Below, piece by piece: positions 58,846-64,000 of a stretch of DNA of 64,000 nt (position 1 is its first letter; each line of letters opens with the position of its first letter). The position numbers were made by a program, and so were the translations under genes. The DNA is from an uncultured Candidatus Entotheonella sp. (lineage in GTDB: Bacteria; Tectomicrobia; Entotheonellia; Entotheonellales; Entotheonellaceae). The notes under the pieces are model-generated. The model ran no database searches, was not told where the DNA came from, and saw only the letters and a program-made list of their open reading frames with translations. The stretch is taken from positions 1,248,001 through 1,312,000 of the forward strand of contig CBDCDA010000001.1 in assembly GCA_965215335.1 (NCBI GenBank). The letters are read 5' to 3'.

Positions 58846-59746
58846 TTTACGATCCCGGGATTAGATGGTATGGATTTATTTTGAATCTTTGCAGCTCCAA
58901 TGTCCAGACCTTGCAGATGTATTCGGGCCTGTGGACATTCACAAAATCCTTGGCCATAATGGGACAGGCCCCAACCCCGTTCCGACGCTTCCGAAGATGG
59001 GCCCTGAAGGGCGTCTTCAAGAGGGTCTTCGAGGTCTTGTCGGTCGATGCCGACTTCGAGTACGTGCTCAGCTCGTGCTGCTGCCGGGTCAGCGCCATGA
59101 CCTGATTGGCGTCCCGCCACTGCTCGAGGGTGTCGAGTTCGAGGCGCTGATTGCCGACAAGGCTTACGACAGCAATGACTTGCGGGCCGAGTTGGGAGTC
59201 CGTGCGGCGACGGCGGTGATTCCTCCCAGGTCCAATCGTGTCGAGGCCATCGACTACGATACGGAGATGTACAAGTGGCGTCACCTGGTGGAGAATTGCT
59301 TTTGCAAGCTCAAGCATTTTCGTCGTCTTGCGATGCGTTTCGAGAAGACCGACGTCAGCTACGCCGCGATGGTCCATGCGGTGAGTTCTCGCCTGGTACT
59401 TGCCTAAATGTCCACAGACCTTCGTAGTAGGGCGTCAGATCCTGCAGGGTCTTGAGACGGCGCGCGAAGTTGTAGGCCGACAGAAAGTCATCCAGGTGGC
59501 TGCGTAGTCAGGCATGACTCTCGTAACGGTAGCCTCCTTGACCGTTCGGTTCATGCGCTCAGCCTGAGCGTTGGTCCACGGATGGTTGGGCTTTCGTCAG
59601 AAGGTACTCGATCCCATGTCGCCAACACGCCCGGTCGAACAGGTGACCGTGCAAGCGTGCCGTGGCGCTGCCGTGAAGTACCTGTCCCATAGGGCCTCCT
59701 TCGATTGTACGGAAAGGATCGAACCATCAATCCTTGGGACTACACA
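58846..59746 (-). mobile_element. Internally deleted IS481 derivative retaining both ends
   Basis: The left end at 59746 matches 44215 (TGT..AGTCCC..GGATTGATGG...GATCCTTTCCG..CAATCGAAGGA). The right end reads EYICKVWT..QRF.INPYHLIPG. Interrupted by a nested IS5. Confidence 0.8.
58926..59420 (+). mobile_element. Second IS5-type element, internally deleted, nested in IS481
   Basis: TIRs GGCCTGTGGACATT / AATGTCCACAGACC; RRFRRW..KGVF, ADKAYD, YKWRHLVEN.F.KLK.FR. Confidence 0.82.
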
Positions 59747-59800
59747 CGGAATCCCACATTCTCCATTCGCCCGGCCTCATGCCGCCGAGGAATCAACGCT

Positions 59801-62176
59801 CTACGCAATGACGCCCGCTTCCATAAGCCTGTCGAGTTCCGACTCCGAGAGTCCCAGGAGGCCGCGAAACACCTCCTCATTTGCCTCGCCCAGCGGCCCT
59901 ACGGGCCTTTGAATCCGGCCCGGCGTGGCGTGCAGCCGCACCGACATGCCGGGGTGTTCGAGGGTGCCGAGGTCGTGATGCGCCATCATCACCGGATAAT
60001 CCCGCGCTCGCAAATGCACGTCCCGCCACAGGTCCTCAGCCGTCTGCATGACGCCTGACGGCACCCCGGCCGCCTGCAGGTCGCGCATGAGCTGGTACGG
60101 CGTCCAGTCGCGCGTCCACTTGCTGAGCAACTCGTCGATCTCGTTGTGTCGCTGCCAGCGTTGTTCTGCCGTGGCCAAGCTGGCATCGTCGGCCAGCGCT
60201 TCGCCGCCAATCATCGTCGCCAAGGCGCGCCACTGCGCGTCGGTGGTACAACTGATGACACACCACGCCTCATGTCCGATGCACGGATAGCAGCCCTGCG
60301 GTACCACGTTCGGATCGCGGTTGCCCATGGGCTCGGCCACCTTGCCGTTGGCGAAATAATCGAGATAGACCCGTTCCATGGCGGCAATCGTTGCCTCCAC
60401 CTGGGCGATTTCAATGTGCTGCCCGTGGCCCGTGGCCGCCCGGTGATGCAGGGCCGCCATCACTGCCAGCGTCTGCGTGGCGGCCACGATGTAGTCCGGC
60501 TGCGCCACCTTGACACGCGCGTTCGGCGGCGAGTCGGCGTGGCCCCACAGGTACGACATGCCGGTATAGGCCATCAGCGGGCCGCCAAAGCTGACGAAGC
60601 CGCCGTGCGGCCCTCGGCGCCCATAGCCCGGCAGGCTGACCATGATGAGGTCGGACCGCACCGCCTTCAAATGGGTGTAGTCCAGGTCGTACTTGGCCAT
60701 GACGCGCGGGCTGAAATTCTCGACCACCACGTCGCTGACGGCCACCAGGCGCCGCAGCAGGTCTTGGCCCTCGGGGGTCTGGAAATTCAGTGTCACCGAG
60801 CGCTTGTTGCGATTGACCTCACCGTATCCAGGGTCGTCCGGCTGCCGCCCGTCGGGGTACTTGCCGGTCTCTACCTTGATGACATCGGCGCCGAAATCCG
60901 CCAGGTAGCGGGTTCCGTAGGGGCCGGCCCAGGCGCGGCTGAGGTCCAGGACACGAAGACCGACCAGGGGCAGGCGGCGCCCGATACCCTTGGCAGGGGC
61001 AGGCAGCCGTTGCGGTGCTGTCTCGAGCTCGGCCAGCACTTCGTCCTGGTGCTCTCCGGCGCGCGGCGCCGGGCGCCGAATCCGCAGCGGCGCGGCAGCG
61101 GCGAGAAACATCGGCCCCGAGCTGCACAGGCGGCCAACCGGCGGTTGCTCGAAGTCGACGAAAAATTCGCGGGCGCGAAGGTGCTCGTTGCCCGCCACGT
61201 CCGCCACACTGGACCATGGAGCGGCCGGCACGCCGCGACTCTGCAGCAGGTTGGTCAGCGACCAGCGATCAAAGTCCGCCGCGAATTCCTCCAGAATCGG
61301 ATCGACCTGTTCCGGGTGCTCGTTGCGGTAATCGGGATCCCGCAGAGCCTCGCCCGTCAGCCGCGGGTCGCCGACCGCGTCGACTAGCTTCTCCCACAGG
61401 CCCGACATCAGGGTAGCGATGAACACGTGGCCGTCCTGGCAGCGGTAATAGCCGTTCGGCGGCATGAAATTGCGCGCCCCGATGCGGTACGGAATGTCGC
61501 TCCACAAGCCGTAATTCACCAGCAGGAAATACAGGTTGGCCAGCACCTCCTGTACGCTGGTTTCCACCAGTTGGCCGCGCCCACTGGCGCGGCGCTCCCA
61601 CAGCGCCATCAGGGCACCGAAGGCGGCGTGCAGGCTGGCCAGATAGACGCCCTGCTCGCACGGCGACACGCACGGCGGCTTGGCGTCGTCGCCCTGAATG
61701 TACGTCAGCCCGCCCATGGCCTCGGCGATGATGTTGTTGCCGGCGTAGCCGCTGTGCGGCCCGCTGAGGCCGAAGGTGGATATGGACAGCCACACCAGGC
61801 GCGGGTACGACGACGCCAGTTCGTTCAGGTCAATCCCCCTGGCCGCCCAGGCGTCGATGCCGTCGGTGCTCACCACCACGTCGGCCCGCTCGGCCAGGCT
61901 GCAAAAGCGCTCCTGATCCCGGCGTTGCGCCAGATCGAACATCACGCTGCGTTTGTTCACGTTGGCCCGCACAAAGGGCAGGCTGAGGCGTTCGTCCCCC
62001 GTGCCGACGAACGGAGAGGCGTGGCGCCCCGCATCCCCCTCCGGCGGTTCGATTTTGATGACGTCGGCGCCCAGGTCGGCCAGAAAGCGGCCCACGAGAG
62101 CGCCCAGCGGCTCGGTGACTTCCAGAACCCGCACGCCCTGAAGCATGCCGGGAAGTTGATCGGGATTGTCTGTCAT
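59801..62176 (-). CDS. Fused two-domain class III CoA-transferase (CaiB/BaiF)
   Basis: Two repeats of L.G.RVL..., LADLGADVIKIE / LADFGADVIKVE, and NKRSV; G.GQ..E in both halves. Confidence 0.93.
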   Translation of the reverse strand: MTDNPDQLPGMLQGVRVLEVTEPLGALVGRFLADLGADVIKIEPPEGDAGRHASPFVGTGDERLSLPFVRANVNKRSVMFDLAQRRDQERFCSLAERADVVVSTDGIDAWAARGIDLNELASSYPRLVWLSISTFGLSGPHSGYAGNNIIAEAMGGLTYIQGDDAKPPCVSPCEQGVYLASLHAAFGALMALWERRASGRGQLVETSVQEVLANLYFLLVNYGLWSDIPYRIGARNFMPPNGYYRCQDGHVFIATLMSGLWEKLVDAVGDPRLTGEALRDPDYRNEHPEQVDPILEEFAADFDRWSLTNLLQSRGVPAAPWSSVADVAGNEHLRAREFFVDFEQPPVGRLCSSGPMFLAAAAPLRIRRPAPRAGEHQDEVLAELETAPQRLPAPAKGIGRRLPLVGLRVLDLSRAWAGPYGTRYLADFGADVIKVETGKYPDGRQPDDPGYGEVNRNKRSVTLNFQTPEGQDLLRRLVAVSDVVVENFSPRVMAKYDLDYTHLKAVRSDLIMVSLPGYGRRGPHGGFVSFGGPLMAYTGMSYLWGHADSPPNARVKVAQPDYIVAATQTLAVMAALHHRAATGHGQHIEIAQVEATIAAMERVYLDYFANGKVAEPMGNRDPNVVPQGCYPCIGHEAWCVISCTTDAQWRALATMIGGEALADDASLATAEQRWQRHNEIDELLSKWTRDWTPYQLMRDLQAAGVPSGVMQTAEDLWRDVHLRARDYPVMMAHHDLGTLEHPGMSVRLHATPGRIQRPVGPLGEANEEVFRGLLGLSESELDRLMEAGVIA

Positions 62177-62297
62177 TCTGATGGCTCCCTTGACTCAGAC
62201 TCAATACGGTTGAACAAACAAACGACTCCAACAATCACCAATATGGACAACGCTGCCTGCCATTCGTTGCGGGCTGGAAGCCCGCACGCCCAAGAGG

Positions 62298-62328
62298 CCT
62301 CCCTCCGGGAAAGGGTTGGGATGAGGGG
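62298..62328. repeat. Short palindromic intergenic repeat
   Basis: CCTCCCTCCGGGAAAGGGTTGGGATGAGGGG resembles widespread CCCTCTCCC..GGGAGAGGG..GGGTGAGGG repeats; single copy here. Confidence 0.4.
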
Positions 62329-62464
62329 GATCGTCATGCGCGATCGCTTTATAGGCCCAACCCGGCCCCTTGTGCTGGCAGCAAAACACGTGTATATCTG
62401 CCACGCGACAACGTGCGCGGTGCTGGCCGGCTAAGGTGTGGACTCCAACGGAGAGAGACCGTTC

Positions 62465-63691
62465 ATGCGTTTTCACTGGTTTCATTTAATGCCGTACCCG
62501 GATTTGCCGGACGATTTCAAGGACAAATACCGCAGCGTGTGGGTGGACGTGCCGAGCGCGCTGTTCGACCCCGAACGGGGCCACCACCTGTACCACCAAT
62601 ACCTGGATCAATTGGAGTTCGCCGACGGCCTCGGGTTCGACGGCATCTGCGTGAACGAGCATCACCAGAACGCCTACGGCCTCATGCCCTCGCCCAACCT
62701 CATGGGGGCGGCGTTGACGCGCCGCACGTCGAAGGCGGCGCTGGTGGTAATGGGCAACAGCATCGCCCTGTACAACCCGCCGATTCGCGTGGCCGAGGAG
62801 TTTGCCATGCTCGACGTGATGAGCGGCGGCAGGCTGGTCGCCGGGTTTCCGGTCGGCACGTCGATGGACACCAATTTCTGCTACGGGGAACCGCCCGCCA
62901 CGCTGCGCGACAAGTATGACGAGGCGCATCGCCTGATCATCCAGGCATGGTCACGCCCGGAACCGTTCAGCTTCAATGGCAAGTACACCCAGTTGCGCTA
63001 CGTCAACATCTGGCCGCGGCCCTTGCAACAACCGCACCCGCCCATCTGGATTCCCGGCGGCGGCAGCATCGAAACCTGGGATTTCTGCCTGCAGCACGAC
63101 TACAGCTACTCCAACCTCAGCTATTATGGCTACAAGCGGGCGCAGAAAGTCATGGACGGCTATTGGGAGCGGGCGGCAGTGCTCGGCAAGGACGACAACC
63201 CCTACCGTGCCGGCTACGCGCAGATCGTCGCCGTGGCCGACAGTGATCAGGAAGCCGAACGGCTTTACGCGCCGCACATCGATTACTTCTTCAACCGCTG
63301 CCTGCACGTCTTTCCGGGTTTCGCCGACGCGCCGGGTTACCGCACCATGGCCACCATGCGGGCGGGATTTACCCCGCAGGTCGGCAGCAACGCCTCGGCA
63401 GTACGCCAGCAATTGCAATGGAAGGACTTCATCGAGCACGGCTATGTGGTGGCCGGCAGCGCCGCCACCGTACGCGACACCCTGCGCGAGGCGTTCACCA
63501 ACATGCGCGTCGGCAATGCCATGCTGCTGTGTCAGATTGGCAACATGGGCGACGAACTGACACGCGAAAACACCCAGCGCTTTGCGCAGGACGTCATGCC
63601 GCACCTGCGCGGTCTGTGGAGCGATTACGAGGATCACTGGTATCCGCAGCCGCTGGCGCAACGAGCAGTGGCTGCGCCGCTGCCGAGTTGA
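62465..63691 (+). CDS. LLM-class flavin-dependent oxidoreductase
   Basis: LGFDGICVNEHH, PIRVAEEFAMLD.MSGGRL, PRPLQQPHPPIW. Confidence 0.93.
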   Translation: MRFHWFHLMPYPDLPDDFKDKYRSVWVDVPSALFDPERGHHLYHQYLDQLEFADGLGFDGICVNEHHQNAYGLMPSPNLMGAALTRRTSKAALVVMGNSIALYNPPIRVAEEFAMLDVMSGGRLVAGFPVGTSMDTNFCYGEPPATLRDKYDEAHRLIIQAWSRPEPFSFNGKYTQLRYVNIWPRPLQQPHPPIWIPGGGSIETWDFCLQHDYSYSNLSYYGYKRAQKVMDGYWERAAVLGKDDNPYRAGYAQIVAVADSDQEAERLYAPHIDYFFNRCLHVFPGFADAPGYRTMATMRAGFTPQVGSNASAVRQQLQWKDFIEHGYVVAGSAATVRDTLREAFTNMRVGNAMLLCQIGNMGDELTRENTQRFAQDVMPHLRGLWSDYEDHWYPQPLAQRAVAAPLPS

Positions 63692-63703
63692 GCACGCTGA
63701 CCC

Positions 63704-64000
63704 CTAGGCGGTCAGCAGGGCCTTCCACCGGCCCACGTCCACGTTGACCGCCTCGGCCTCTTGGCAGATGCGCGACCATGTGGTGTCGTCCACCTGGATA
63801 CCGTCGCGCGAACGTCGTTCGGCGCTGCGGAATTCCGGCTCGCCCGGCAGCATGACCTCGCTGAATCCCGGCGCCGGGCGGCTCGACTTGACGTGCGCGA
63901 TCAGCGCCTCCACCTCCCGGTAGTAATCTTCCATTTCAACAAAATGCTCGATGTCGTAGACCTGCAGGAACACGCCGTTGCTGATCATGATGGGTGCGCC
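63704..64000 (-). CDS. Ldh_2-family (malate/L-lactate dehydrogenase type 2) oxidoreductase, C-terminal part
   Basis: NG.F....DIE.F...KSS.PAPGF.EV.LPGEPE......GI; runs off the window end. Confidence 0.75.
   Translation of the reverse strand, partial: GAPIMISNGVFLQVYDIEHFVEMEDYYREVEALIAHVKSSRPAPGFSEVMLPGEPEFRSAERRSRDGIQVDDTTWSRICQEAEAVNVDVGRWKALLTA

Noticed and set aside
1..64000. CRISPR array, rRNA or tRNA genes
   Set aside because: No regularly spaced direct repeats or recognisable stable-RNA genes were seen; the recurring sequences are IS ends, MITEs and REP-like stems.

Overview
High-GC bacterial chromosomal window from a lipid A-producing (diderm) organism. The gene mix and IS load resemble sponge-symbiont lineages such as Tectomicrobia, but this is inference only. 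Intact housekeeping blocks: tungsten aldehyde:ferredoxin oxidoreductase (partial) with its FeS subunit; menG-menB-menA; ileS (type 2, GVHH motif); a macro-domain deacetylase; a CorC/CNNM protein; a divergent two-subunit biotin-dependent carboxylase; a Gfo/Idh/MocA-protoglobin-lpxK-lpxL unit; a six-gene MoxR/DUF58/vWA operon followed by engB; a GT2/flippase/GT-C surface-glycosylation trio; metK; an N4/N6 DNA methyltransferase; HD protein/DUF2203/aminopeptidase; an O-antigen ligase; a fused class III CoA-transferase; an LLM oxidoreductase. Between these blocks lie eroded remnants (McrC, Rpn, OppABC, IetS-like S8 protease, Phd, DNA MTase, Uma2, Eco29kI-type REase, aspartyl protease, mgtE) and many IS pieces (IS5, IS481, IS4-like, one intact IS66 with an 8-bp TSD, and a 150-bp MITE in two copies). 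Best candidates for novelty: (1) a ~100-130 aa 'FFLH..P...DLP.HR..YGFDN.DF...IRTGQY' module found in two unrelated glycan-transfer membrane enzymes, spliced in-frame into the loop of the O-antigen ligase; (2) homopolymer tracts that could phase-vary the glycosylation trio (C15) and a cryptic lipoprotein (G9); (3) a protoglobin translationally coupled to lipid A genes.
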